From a virus (lineage: Duplodnaviria > Caudoviricetes), in the IMG/VR virus record IMGVR_UViG_3300037183_000125, positions 69,886 to 133,885 of that record: a stretch of DNA of 64,000 nt; one strand, written 5' to 3'. Below, piece after piece: positions 31,508-41,775 of the stretch. The translations under genes were made by a program, and so were the position numbers. Each line of letters starts with the position of its first letter. Position 1 is the stretch's first letter. The notes beneath the pieces are model-generated. The model had not been told where the DNA came from, searched no databases, and saw nothing but the letters and a program-made list of their open reading frames with translations.

Positions 31508-32516
31508 GAGCCGGTTGGCTATCTTCAGGAAGTGCTACCGGAAAGGAAGAACGTCTACGACTCTCCAGGGCACGACGGTTATCGCAGGGGCGACACCGCA
31601 TCCTCCCGGACACCAGCATGTCCTTCGGGACCCCGCAAACCCGGCACGGAAGCTTTACCTTCGACGCAGCGAGGCATATCGAGCAAATCCGGCGCCCGGC
31701 CTTACTCAAGAGAACGTTGTCGTCCGAGTAGGGGTGCCCCTTCGGACATGAGGTCTTCGCGGCCTTCTTCCGGGCATAGTTGCAGGCCTTGCACTCCCTT
31801 GAGCCGTCACGTCCTAAGGCCGTGTTCTCCGGAGTGAACTCATGGCCGCGCTTACAATGCGTTGCGGCGGCCGACGCGGCAGCGTGGGCGCGAGGTCCGG
31901 CGGAGCAGCGCTCACGGAAGGACGGATCGTTCCAGTTGTCGCGGAGCTTCTGACGGACGGCAGGACGGGCAGCGGACTCCTTCAGGGCGGAATGCTGCTT
32001 CTCGCGGTAGTTCGGGTCCTTCCAGAGGTCGGAGACGGAGTCGGAGAGCTTCTTCCGGACTTCGGGAGTCCGGATGGCATCCTGGATCGCGGTCAAGGTC
32101 TTGGCTTGATACTCAGGGTCCTTCCATCGCTCCTCGGCTGCAAGACGCTGAGATTCGACATATTCGGGATCGGAACGGTAATGATTAGATACGGGGTGAG
32201 GAACATGGAAGCCGCCTTTCTTGATGTTGAACCCTTTCTCCGGGTTCATCAAATCGAAGCGGGCTATCCATTCTTGCTCAGCCGCGTTCGCCTCCTCGAG
32301 TGTCTCGCAGACCTGAAGAATCTGATGATCGAAGGCATCTTTTCCATACTTCCGGATGGAATTATGGAAATGGTTAGTCCGATAACGAATACGCAGAGCG
32401 TCATAAACATGACGATTCCAGCGCTTCAACATGGTCTTCCGAGTCAGGCCGACATAACGTCGGCCTGAATCAGGGTGGGTGTGACAGTAAATAGTCCAAA
32501 CAGGTTCCTTCTTCAT
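31497..32516 (-). mobile_element. GIY-YIG homing endonuclease with C-terminal CxxGH zinc fingers
   Basis: WTIYCHTH...RRYVGLT...R...E..WI...PEKGFN; HCKRGH and CPKGH fingers. Confidence 0.85.
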
Positions 32517-32522
32517 GAAGGA

Positions 32523-32529
32523 ACCCTAC
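32523..32529 (-). promoter_or_regulatory. GTAnnGT motif (GTAGGGT), 6 nt before ATG 32516
   Basis: Recurrent motif; no SD. Confidence 0.55.
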
Positions 32530-32552
32530 CAGACTATAGCATGGGTCCTAGA

Positions 32553-33224
32553 TCACCCATATAGCCTGCTACCAGAGCCTGGCTTGAGGATTGGATTATT
32601 CCCCGAGTCCAGCTGCGGTCCATAGGAATCTGGCGAGTTCCCATAGAAACTGGACCCATCGGACACATCTGTCGCCATCGCGGACGCGTCCTCCATGATT
32701 ATAGCAGAGTCCGAGGGAAAGCTCGCCGAGATTTGATTTAGCCAGCATGCCTCGAAGAACGTGACAAGGGCATAATTCGGGTCGTCCGTCGCCGGGGTCT
32801 TGACGAGGATGGCGGCCTGGTCGCGGTTCGTCACGAGCTCGGAGAACACGAGCTCGGAGCGGAGGTCGAATGGCCAGCGGTGCTGACGGAGCGAGCGGAC
32901 GAGGCCGTCGACGCCGCCGCGGTACCCGACCTCCTGCATGATGCCGGCCGTATACAGGAGGGTCCGGTTCAGCGTGATGGCCATAGGCTCTGTCACGTTC
33001 GGGACAAGTTCTTGGATCTTATCTCCGAAACCTACCCCGCGTACGGGGTCTATGGCCCTCGACTCGGTATAGTCGAAGGTCGAGAGAACGCCGATCTGCT
33101 TGTCCGACGGCTGGTTGACCGTGTACGGACGAGAGAAAACGCGATTCTTCTGGGATATGGCAACCCGGGTGTTCGGGCTACTTCCGACGCGATAAATGTA
33201 GCTATCTGCAGCGTCTCTTGACAT
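32553..33224 (-). CDS. Tail tube protein
   Basis: IGVL..FDYTESRAIDPVRGVG...ELVP...ITLNRTLLY...TFFEACW...IIMEDA pattern of contractile-tail tube proteins; size and position fit. Confidence 0.7.
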   Translation of the reverse strand: MSRDAADSYIYRVGSSPNTRVAISQKNRVFSRPYTVNQPSDKQIGVLSTFDYTESRAIDPVRGVGFGDKIQELVPNVTEPMAITLNRTLLYTAGIMQEVGYRGGVDGLVRSLRQHRWPFDLRSELVFSELVTNRDQAAILVKTPATDDPNYALVTFFEACWLNQISASFPSDSAIIMEDASAMATDVSDGSSFYGNSPDSYGPQLDSGNNPILKPGSGSRLYG

Positions 33225-33251
33225 ACTCGCACATACGATAAACAGCCTTTA

Positions 33252-35231
33252 ATGTACGATAGTACTAGTATGATCCCGCAGGAAGAACATCCAAAAAACA
33301 GCAAGTCACACAAGAGAATCGAGTTCCTTTGCGGGTGTGGCCGAAAGTTCAGAACGAGATGGAATAGTTATCCGTCCGGGCAGTCGAAGACATGCGGAAA
33401 ATGCATGCTCGAAAGATGGAAGAGAGAAGGAGGGCGCAGCTATTCAGACTTGACGCTAACAACCGAGGTTGAGTCTATCGGCCGCATGACCGACCATGTG
33501 AAGTGGGAATGCAGATGTGGTCGTCAGAAGAGAATAAAGCTTTTGAACGTGGTGAACGGGTCTGTCAGAAGCTGCGGCTGCCTGATGAAAGAGGTGATAA
33601 GAAAGGCCAGAAAAAACCAGAGGGAGTTCGAGAAAAAGAGCGCCGACGAGTGGATGAAGGAAATACCGGAGATAGTAAATAGGGGTCTCCCGAGCTCATG
33701 GAGCCAAGGGACGTCGGCCATGATCACGTTCCTATGCAAATGCGGACGTGAGTATTCGAGAAAGTTTAGTCGTTTTTCAAGGGAGAAAGGGACGTGCGGT
33801 GAGTGCGACCTGCGAACGTTCCGGACCGGGGAGACGATAGGGGGAATCGTCTATGTCGGGGAAGAGAGAACTGTGCACGAAAGGACGACCCGTCTTGGGA
33901 CATTCCTCTGCAGATGTGGGAAAGAGTTTGAGACACAGTTCAGAAAGGCAGTCCTCCGCCTAAAGACGTCATGCGGGACGTGCAAGGTCATTAAGGAAGA
34001 GGAGATGGGAGGAAGGAAGTTCGGAAAGCTCCGAATGAAGGTCCCGAAGGACGTGTTCCCCGTCTCGGAGATCATGGAAGACTGGGTGTGCGACTGCGGG
34101 AACGAGAAGAGCGTGCAGATAAGCTCAGTGGTGAAGGGAAGAACTTCATCCTGCGGGAAATGCAGAGAGAAGGTGGTCCTCTGGTATGAGACAAACCGAG
34201 AGGCCATCCGTTCCCTCCGGTGTCCTGTGCCGGCCGGAAAGCTCCTGGGAGGAATAAACGTACTCGAGGAGATGAAGAACGTCGGACATAAAGTCCGAGT
34301 CGAGTGCATGCTATGCGGCAAGGAGCACTCGACAAACTTTCACGAAATAAGGTCCGGAGGGTCTCTGACCTGCGGGTGTGCCTCCGTCCACACGTCGGCG
34401 CCGGCCGTGGCCATAGCGGAGGAGCTGCGGAAAGAGGGGGTCGAGGCGCTCCTGGAGCACCAGGCCGGTCCATGGAGGTACGACGTATTCATACCATCCG
34501 CGAACCTACTGGTCGAGTTCAACGGACTAAAATGGCACTCAATGTCGGGAGCCAAGGAGAGGGATGTAAGGAAGTACGAGGAGGCCATCAGGGCCGGTTT
34601 TTCATATATCGCCGTCTTCGAGGACGAATGGAGAACAAAGAGGGAGTCAGTCATGACGCTGATAAGGAACAGAGTCGGGCTGACGCGGCCGAGGAGAAGC
34701 ATCAGACCGGCGAAATGCGAGGTGAGGGAGGTGAGGGCCGGGGAGGCGAACGCGTTCCACACGGCGAACCATTACATAGGCCCATGTAGGTCTAAGGTTA
34801 GCTATGGGGCGTTCCTGGACGGCCGCCTGGTCGCTTGCGCCTCTTTCTCACACCCGACTCGCCAGTCCTCCCATCCGTGGGAGCTCCTCCGGATGGCGTC
34901 CGTCCCCGACGTGCGGGTGCACGGGATCTGGTCTAAGGTTCTGACAGTCTTCATCCGCGAGCACTCGCCCACCTCCATCGTCTCGTTCTCCGACAACCGT
35001 CTCTTCTCCGGAGGGGTGTACGAGAAAATCGGGTTCGAGTATGACGGCGAAGTGGCGCCGGACTATTATTGGACGAGGTCAAAGAAGCGGTATCATAAGT
35101 CCGGCCTCAGGAAAAAAGGCGCCGAGAGGACGTCCGGGCTCACGGAGCGCGAGCTCCGTGAGGCCCAGGGATACAGGAAGATCTGGGACCTCGGGAAGAA
35201 ACGCTGGGTATGGAGACAGAACCATGTTTGA
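33252..35231 (+). mobile_element. Cys4 zinc-ribbon array + Vsr/EDxHD-like nuclease + Mom-like GNAT domain
   Basis: Six CxCG/CxxCG...CGxC modules; YDVFIP...VEFNGLKWH; NHYIG...WELLRM...IVSFSDNR...GGVYEKIGF. A-rich and opposite strand. Start may be ATG 33270. Confidence 0.75.
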
Positions 35232-35523
35232 CCCGAAACTCACGAATGCGAAAAATATGGCCCGCCGAAGGTTCGAGGCTAGGAGTATTCTCGACCGAGA
35301 GAAGGCGAAGAGGCCTTGCAAGGACTGTGGACATAAATACCACTCGTGCCAGGTCGACGTCCTCAGAAAGGGGGGAGGGCGAAGAGTGCCGATGGCGCAG
35401 ATGCTGCATCTGTCGATCGACAGAATCATGGAAGAGATAGGCAGATCCGACCTAGTGTGCGCCAACTGCTCGAGGCTGCGGGTCCACATGAGGGACCGAA
35501 TGCGCCGAAGCGGGCCAACGTAA
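35224..35523 (+). CDS. Degenerate single HNH-like protein
   Basis: Start ATG 35224; PCKDCG...EEIGRSDLVCANC retained, but the DFDH catalytic motif is replaced by QVDVL. Confidence 0.55.
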   Translation: MFDPKLTNAKNMARRRFEARSILDREKAKRPCKDCGHKYHSCQVDVLRKGGGRRVPMAQMLHLSIDRIMEEIGRSDLVCANCSRLRVHMRDRMRRSGPT

Positions 35524-35552
35524 GTGGGGGTCAGGTCCCCGTAAAGCACGAC

Positions 35553-35834
35553 ATGGCAAACGGCGGATACGACAGAGAACGAGACGGGAACATCATCGGG
35601 TGGTGGCTACGCTGGATGCTGGTCGGCGTCCTGGCCGCAGTCGGCGTATTCCTCGTCCTCATCCACGTCGCCAACGTCAGGGTCGAGAAGCAGAGGGAAT
35701 ACCGCGAGGAGTGCTACGAGCACGGGCCCCGCGACTCGGACGGCGACCCCGTCTGCGACCGGGACTTCATGCCGTCATACACGTCCTCGAGCCCCTATTT
35801 CAGGTCCTCGAAAGCCGTCCCGTCCGGATCTTGA
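35553..35834 (+). CDS. Small membrane protein
   Basis: Start ATG 35553 (near-match motif GTAAAGC 5 nt upstream); one TM segment WMLVGVLAAVGVFLVLIHVA. Confidence 0.6.
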   Translation: MANGGYDRERDGNIIGWWLRWMLVGVLAAVGVFLVLIHVANVRVEKQREYREECYEHGPRDSDGDPVCDRDFMPSYTSSSPYFRSSKAVPSGS

Positions 35835-36426
35835 GGGAAGGCTTAGACACCCTCCTTAGGGGGAAGGATCTCTCGAGAGAGAAGGATATCCTGACAAGAG
35901 CGGCCTTCTCTATCTGACGAACCCGCTCCCTGGTCAAGCCAAGTTCAGCGCCGACAACCTCAAGCGTCTTCTCCTTGATGAGACGGTCCATGATCACTCT
36001 CTTGTCACGAGGTTTGAGCTCGGACAAGGCCGTCCGGACGAGGACGGCCTCCTCGTCCGCCATCATCTTCACGTCGGCCGGTATGGAGTCGCTCGACAGG
36101 TGGAGGTCCCCGGCGTCGTCGTCCACGCTGACCGACTTGTAGCGATCCCGCCGCATGTTCGCTTGGGAGTAATGGTGGAGGGCGTTGAAAGCGTTCGTCA
36201 TCACACGGCGCGCGTAGGTCTGAAAGTTGGCCCCGTTGTTCGGGTCGTAGGTCTCGTGCGCGCGCCACAAGCCCTGGCGAGCATGGTTCATGAGCTCGTC
36301 GTAGTCAAACCAGAACCTGAGACGCCAAAGGTTCTTCCTGACTATGAAGTGTGCAAGCTTGTCCCATTTCTTGAAAAGATCGGCATGCCCGGGAACACGG
36401 CATCCAAAAACTCCTATAGTAGACAT
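35800..36426 (-). CDS. Phage-encoded sigma-70 family sigma factor
   Basis: Region 2 DELMNHARQGLWRA..TYDP..GANFQTYA; region 4 TLEVVGAELGLTRERVRQIE. Confidence 0.9.
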   Translation of the reverse strand: MSTIGVFGCRVPGHADLFKKWDKLAHFIVRKNLWRLRFWFDYDELMNHARQGLWRAHETYDPNNGANFQTYARRVMTNAFNALHHYSQANMRRDRYKSVSVDDDAGDLHLSSDSIPADVKMMADEEAVLVRTALSELKPRDKRVIMDRLIKEKTLEVVGAELGLTRERVRQIEKAALVRISFSLERSFPLRRVSKPSLKIRTGRLSRT

Positions 36427-36452
36427 CAGCTCCGAGATCCAGAAGAAAAGAG

Positions 36453-37856
36453 TTAGTCAATACCTTTTATGTTGGCGACCGGGTACATCCTACGGGAGAC
36501 CTTGGCTATGCCGGCGGACACGAGGGTGTCGAGGACGGCGTCCAGGTCCTTGTAAACATGACCGCACTCGTCGAGGACAACGTCGCGCGTGTTGGTCAGG
36601 ATACCCCTTACCTCAACACCGCCGAACGTCCGGCGAACATCCCGCATCTCGTCGTTGATCTCGTCCTGGAGAGGCTCGAGCTGGCGCTTCGCAGCGCCAC
36701 GGCCGAGAACGCGCCCGGAGCCGTGGTTCACCGAGCAGGCGGACACGTGGGCGCCGGGCTCCGCGAAGAGGACGGCAGCCCCATGGTACATGGAGCCCGG
36801 GATGAGGCACGGATGGCCGGTTTTCTCCCATACGGTCCCGACGAGGTCCGGGTGGCCGGAGGGGAAGGCCCGTGTCGCGCCCTTTCGGTGCACGAACCCG
36901 CGCTTGGTGGTCCCGTCCGGGAGGACGAGAGTCTCCTGCTGGACCAGGTTGTGGGAGATCTCGTAGAAGAGCTCAGCGCCGACGCCGAACACCTCCTGGA
37001 GTGAGTCCACGACTCCCTCCGCGATGATGTGACGGTTCGCGACGGCGAAGTTGGCCGCCGAGTTATGGTAGGCCCAATATTCCTTTCCGAGGGGCTCGTC
37101 ATATCGAAGCCACGAGTCCTCACGACGGTTCCGGGCGATACCGCGAAGCTTAGCCCCCTCGAAGAAAAAATGGTTTGCGGTCTGCCAGCCATAGCCGCGC
37201 GAGCCGCAGTGGACCATGACGAAGACCTCGCCCGACTCGGCGTCAACCTGCATCTCCACAAAGTGGTTTCCGCCGCCCACGGACCCGAGCTGGTCGGACA
37301 CCTTTGAGCGAGCTTTCTCGATCAGGTCGAGGTCGAGGTCGTCCGGGATGGGTATATGCTGGCGCTCGCAGAGGTCCGCGCGAACGCCGAGGGCCCTGGC
37401 CCCATAGCGGAGGACCTCCTCCCCCTTCTTCGCGGAGAACCTCGGCATGAGGTCCGGACGGCTCGAGCCAACGCCGGTGGCGATGCGCTTCTCCACCTCG
37501 TCCATCCAGAGACGGCGTTTCCCAGGGTCCACGACGTCCGCGGCCGTGAGGCCGGTCCTCATATAGAGGACCCCGCAGGAGATGTCATAGCCGGAGGCCG
37601 CCTGGATGATGACGTCGTCCGTGACGACGACGCACCCGACGGGGACGCCATAGCCGAGGTGGCAATCCGGCATCGCGTACGCGCCGGTCACGCCCTCGTA
37701 GGAGGCGGCGGCCGAGAGCTGCCTCCACATCTCTTCCTCAGAGGCGTCGTACAGGGCCTCGGAGAGGAACGCATGGGCGTCCACCCTCATCCCGGCGGTC
37801 TTGGGCAGGACGTAGTGGCCGGCTGAAGCCTGGGCGGCCCGGAACTTGAACGACAT
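36453..37856 (-). CDS. rtcB: RtcB-family RNA ligase
   Basis: MPDCHLGYG, GYDISCG, LGSVGGGNHFVE, HCGSRG, SHN, HRKGAT, PGSM, HGSGR and YKD motifs are all present. Confidence 0.95.
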   Translation of the reverse strand: MSFKFRAAQASAGHYVLPKTAGMRVDAHAFLSEALYDASEEEMWRQLSAAASYEGVTGAYAMPDCHLGYGVPVGCVVVTDDVIIQAASGYDISCGVLYMRTGLTAADVVDPGKRRLWMDEVEKRIATGVGSSRPDLMPRFSAKKGEEVLRYGARALGVRADLCERQHIPIPDDLDLDLIEKARSKVSDQLGSVGGGNHFVEMQVDAESGEVFVMVHCGSRGYGWQTANHFFFEGAKLRGIARNRREDSWLRYDEPLGKEYWAYHNSAANFAVANRHIIAEGVVDSLQEVFGVGAELFYEISHNLVQQETLVLPDGTTKRGFVHRKGATRAFPSGHPDLVGTVWEKTGHPCLIPGSMYHGAAVLFAEPGAHVSACSVNHGSGRVLGRGAAKRQLEPLQDEINDEMRDVRRTFGGVEVRGILTNTRDVVLDECGHVYKDLDAVLDTLVSAGIAKVSRRMYPVANIKGID

Positions 37857-37862
37857 GGCCAG

Positions 37863-37869
37863 ACACTAC
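37863..37869 (-). promoter_or_regulatory. GTAnnGT motif (GTAGTGT), 6 nt before the rtcB ATG
   Basis: Recurrent motif; no SD. Confidence 0.55.
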
Positions 37870-38162
37870 ATTCGGGAGACGAGACGGCAGGCCATGCGCT
37901 CGAAGGCGGTCTGGGACAGCGACGCGGAGGCCTCGTCGCCCTTCGGGGCTGGCGTGCCGGGGGCCTTCTGGCTCCATTGGTCTCCTGCGGAGGTCTCAAA
38001 CACCACAGCTGGATAACCGTCTATTTTGATTTCTCCAACATAAGAGGCATCGTTGAGAACAAATTCAGGAAGTTCCTGAACGTCCCACTGTCCGTCACCT
38101 TCCAAGTGAAAGGCAGGTCCGGGGACCAAGCTAGGCTGCTTCTTCATGGAGTTCCCGCTCAA
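37866..38162 (-). CDS. Small hypothetical protein
   Basis: Fills the gap between the HNH gene and rtcB; likely start ATG 38147. Confidence 0.55.
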   Translation of the reverse strand: MSGNSMKKQPSLVPGPAFHLEGDGQWDVQELPEFVLNDASYVGEIKIDGYPAVVFETSAGDQWSQKAPGTPAPKGDEASASLSQTAFERMACRLVSRM

Positions 38163-38880
38163 TGGTTATCAGTCGATGACACCAGGCACACAAGAGATCG
38201 CACTTCACGATCTCTTCCAGTAGTTTACGAACAGATATGCCCCTCCCGACGAGAGTCGAGACAGCGCATTCCTTTCGGGTCCCAGGTCTATGGTCGAAGT
38301 CCATCTGACAAGCAACAAACCGACCGTTGCAGCGAGAACAGGGATGATCCTTCGCGGACAAAACGCATTTCCGGGCCGCTGCCACACGTTCTTGTCGTCG
38401 ACGCTCTCGAAGGCTTTCCGGTTCTTTAGGTGGCGAGAACCTTGCCTCAGTACGCAATCTATGGCAACCAATGCACACAAGGTCGCATTTCGCGACCTCA
38501 GACAGTATCTTCTTTTCACACCACTTTTGCTTCTGGAGCATGCTCACGGAGAGGATCTTCTCCGTTAGATGATCAAACTCCATCAGAGGTGGCGGGTACT
38601 TTGTCCCGCAATCTTTGCACGGCTCCGATTTAAGCCCGTCAATAAATCGCTTTATAGACTCACGGTATCGGCGGCCCGTGAGAGTGTGTAACCGCTTCTT
38701 AGCCGGAGCCGACCGCCAGGCAGCGAAGACAGAGGATTTGCAATCCCTACAACGAGAATCAAACCCTCCTCGGCCCCTTTTGTGTCTTGAGAAGGCGGAA
38801 AGAGGCTTCAGGCCCAACCGCGGGCCACAGAGGGAACACAGGCGGGTCTCATTCTGAGGAGAGACCTCGTCCATGTTCAA
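38131..38880 (-). mobile_element. Free-standing endonuclease with two tandem HNH domains
   Basis: Twice PCxxC...M(E/D)FDH...E(V/I)xKCDLxCxxCHR; N-terminal CxxC finger; lower GC. Confidence 0.8.
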
Positions 38881-38893
38881 ACCTCGGGGCGAT

Positions 38894-39403
38894 TCACTCG
38901 CCCTTGTGGTGGCCCTTGCCGCGGCGATCGAAGTAATAAGTGTTGTTGGAGGATTGGTCGCCGTACAGCGAGTGGATGGCCTTCTCGATCGCGTCGAGAG
39001 GCTTGTCCAGGTCCTGGACCGTGTCGACCTCGGCGAAGACGCCGGCGATCTTCTTCATCATGGAGGCGACCTTCGGACGGACGGAAGCGTTCTGCGGGCG
39101 GGCGGCGACGGCCCAGACCTGCTCCATGGAGGAGAGGATGTCGAACATGCGGCGGTAGTTCGCGGCCGGGATGGCGGCGGCGGCCTTCAGGCGCTTGATC
39201 TGGTCGCCAATGGCGTCGATGTCGTCCTTCATGGACTTCGCGCCCCAGGGGCTCGACTTGTCCTTCGAGGCGAGCTCGCCGAGCAGCTTGGCGTGCTCGC
39301 CCATCTCGGCGACGGTGCGGGCGACAGCCTCGTCCTGCGGGTCCATCTCGGCGAGACGGCGGGATGAGGCCAGCAGGTTCTTGACGACGGTTTCCTTGTC
39401 CAT
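38894..39403 (-). CDS. Hypothetical helical protein
   Basis: 169 aa, GAGGA SD, strong GC3 bias. Confidence 0.65.
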   Translation of the reverse strand: MDKETVVKNLLASSRRLAEMDPQDEAVARTVAEMGEHAKLLGELASKDKSSPWGAKSMKDDIDAIGDQIKRLKAAAAIPAANYRRMFDILSSMEQVWAVAARPQNASVRPKVASMMKKIAGVFAEVDTVQDLDKPLDAIEKAIHSLYGDQSSNNTYYFDRRGKGHHKGE

Positions 39404-39437
39404 GATTCTCTAGTCCTCTCCGCAAATCAACGGGCTA

Positions 39438-40934
39438 TCAACCGACGGCCTGGGCGACGTTGTCGATCTCGACGTCCGCGCGAATGTGCTTCTTCGCCTT
39501 CTTGCCGATCTTGAAGTTGGCGAGAGCCTGGTCCATGGCGGCCATCAGGTCCTCCGTGGAGACCCCGACGCGCCCGTTCACGGCGCGGCCCGCGGCCACG
39601 GCGCGGATGACGGCGGCCTCGACGACCGACTTCACGTAGTCGCCGGTGAAGCCCTCGCACATGTCGATGACCGACTTGATCACGTCGGGGGTGACGGACT
39701 GGTCCGGCACAACGTTCAGGGCGGCCATGAACTTTCGGAGCATGAGGCGCCGGTCCGCGGCGTCCGGGAAGGGGATCATCACCTTGACGTGGAAGCGGCC
39801 GGGACGGTTGATGAGGGCCTCGTCCATCGACTCGATGTCATTGGTGCTGGCCATCACGACGATCCCGGAGTTCGCCTGCGCGCCGTCGAGCTGGGCGAGG
39901 AACTCGTTGAGGAGGGAGTTGTCGCGGCCCGACATGCTGCGGTCGCCGCCGAACAGGTCCATGTCCTCGATGAAGACAATGCAGGGGGCGAGCGCGCGCG
40001 CCGCCTCGAACATCGCCGTCACGTGGTCGGGGTAGAGGATGGACTTGCCAGTGCACCAGATCCTGGTGGCCTTGCCCTCGATCTCCTCCGAGGTGGCGCG
40101 GAACATCGTCGTCTTCGCCATGCCGGGAGGCGAGATGAGCAGGATGTTCCGGTTTGGGACCATGGCCACGGAGGCAAGGACGGCCATGTTCGAGAGGACG
40201 CCAACCGTGTTGTCGCGAATGTCGCTCTTCTTGTCGTCCTTGAGGATGACGTCCTCCCAGGACGTCGGCTTGATGCCGAAGAAGTCAAGGTGCCCCTTGT
40301 TGAATGTCAGGCACTTGTTCAGGTATATGTCGTTCGCCCGCATCGAGGCGTGCAGGTCGACGTAGAACTGCTCGGCCTCGGCCTGGGCGCCAGGGGCGGC
40401 GAGGACGGCTACGGAGCAGCCGTTGCGGTAGAAGCAGAAGTCGAAGCTGACGACGAACTTCGCGCCCGTCACCCGGTGGACGACGAAGAACGTCCCGTAG
40501 ACGGGAACGGTCGCGCTCTGGGTCAGGCTGATGTTCAGCTGCTCGGACTCGATCTTGTACTCGCCCTTGACTATCTCCTTGAACTCGTACTGCTCGATGA
40601 ACGGCACGATGTCATACTGGGCGCCGGGCCCGGAGAAGGACGTGAAGAGGCGGGAGAAGGCCCACGCGTTTAGGCTCTTGGAGTACGCGGGGTAGGACTG
40701 GGAGAGGCTGAGGCAGTGGTGGATCTCGCACCCGAGCCATAGCTCCTTGACGTAGGAGCTGAGGTCGTGCGGAACATGCCGGTCGTTCGCCCTCGACGCT
40801 TGGTTGCGGAGGTCAACCTTCTGGAAGTACGAGTCCAGGAGGTAGTTCACCACGCCGGCGGCGGCATCGGAGACCTTATACTCCGCTGCGGGGAGGGCAC
40901 CGAGGTAGGCAGCTATCCGCCTGGTCAAACTCAT
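39438..40934 (-). CDS. Classic AAA+ ATPase (single module)
   Basis: Start taken at ATG 40934 (MSLTRRIAA). Variant Walker A SPPGMAKT, Walker B IVFIEDMD, sensor-1 ASTN, SRH ALINRPGRF. Confidence 0.85.
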   Translation of the reverse strand: MSLTRRIAAYLGALPAAEYKVSDAAAGVVNYLLDSYFQKVDLRNQASRANDRHVPHDLSSYVKELWLGCEIHHCLSLSQSYPAYSKSLNAWAFSRLFTSFSGPGAQYDIVPFIEQYEFKEIVKGEYKIESEQLNISLTQSATVPVYGTFFVVHRVTGAKFVVSFDFCFYRNGCSVAVLAAPGAQAEAEQFYVDLHASMRANDIYLNKCLTFNKGHLDFFGIKPTSWEDVILKDDKKSDIRDNTVGVLSNMAVLASVAMVPNRNILLISPPGMAKTTMFRATSEEIEGKATRIWCTGKSILYPDHVTAMFEAARALAPCIVFIEDMDLFGGDRSMSGRDNSLLNEFLAQLDGAQANSGIVVMASTNDIESMDEALINRPGRFHVKVMIPFPDAADRRLMLRKFMAALNVVPDQSVTPDVIKSVIDMCEGFTGDYVKSVVEAAVIRAVAAGRAVNGRVGVSTEDLMAAMDQALANFKIGKKAKKHIRADVEIDNVAQAVG

Positions 40935-41011
40935 GCGCGTAGGGGGCAAAACAAGCCTAAAGGAGGTGGTCCGGCCCCGAAAATTGGGGCCGGCGTACTC
41001 TACCCGCCGAG

Positions 41012-41323
41012 ATGGAAAACAGAGTGGCGGCAAAACTAATGAGGCTCGAGATGTCAGCCCAGCTGGGGAAACTCCTCCGCGGGATGCCGGTCGTCCTCCA
41101 GGAGACGACGAAGACGGACTGCGTTTACCTGGGGATGGGGACCGTGGAGGGACTACAGCACCTGGAAGTTGTAGTCCGAGTCTTCCTGGACGAGGGGAAG
41201 CAGCTGATGGCCTCCGTGGAGGTCGAGAGCAGCGAAGTGCTGACAGCCCCGTTCAAGACCGAGGAAGAGCAAACGTCGTTCCCGCCCCGGGCCACGAAGG
41301 CAATCCTCTCGAGGATGAACTGA
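41012..41323 (+). CDS. Hypothetical protein
   Basis: 103-aa ORF divergent from the AAA gene. Confidence 0.55.
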   Translation: MENRVAAKLMRLEMSAQLGKLLRGMPVVLQETTKTDCVYLGMGTVEGLQHLEVVVRVFLDEGKQLMASVEVESSEVLTAPFKTEEEQTSFPPRATKAILSRMN

Positions 41324-41742
41324 CGGACGAGTACATCGCCCAGCTGATAGTCGACGAGCTCCGGGAGAGCTGTCCCGGGCCCGTCGGCTGCCACGGGTGC
41401 CAAAGCTGGTGCCCGAAGTGCGGAACGGTAAGCCACGTCTGCGACGACCCAGAGTGCGATGCCCACCGGAGGGACACGGACGTGAAGAAGGAGCTCGAGG
41501 AGGCCGTGAGGACGGTCAAGTCGAAGGCCGTGGAATGTCACGACCTGGAGAGAATCCTCCTGCTCGAAGAGGCGGGAGTGAACCACGATTACCGTATGGC
41601 GCTCAGAAGGAGAGTCTCGGACTTCCTGTACGCGGAGAAGGAGCTGACCGAGCTCGAGGAGGAGCTACGGGAGGTAGAGGCCCCGGGCTCGCGGCTGGTC
41701 CCGAGAAAACCGGGATCGAAGTGGGCGCCAAAAGACCGATGA
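41320..41742 (+). CDS. Cys-rich/coiled-coil hypothetical protein (probable CTG start)
   Basis: CHGC..WCPKCG...CDDPECDAH followed by coiled coil; CTG overlaps the upstream TGA as CTGA. Confidence 0.5.
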   Translation: MTDEYIAQLIVDELRESCPGPVGCHGCQSWCPKCGTVSHVCDDPECDAHRRDTDVKKELEEAVRTVKSKAVECHDLERILLLEEAGVNHDYRMALRRRVSDFLYAEKELTELEEELREVEAPGSRLVPRKPGSKWAPKDR

Positions 41743-41762
41743 TGTTCGCCTTTTTGGAGGCG

Positions 41763-41769
41763 GTAGCGT
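41763..41769 (+). promoter_or_regulatory. GTAnnGT motif (GTAGCGT), 6 nt before ATG 41776
   Basis: Recurrent motif. Confidence 0.55.
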
Positions 41770-41775
41770 CACCCG

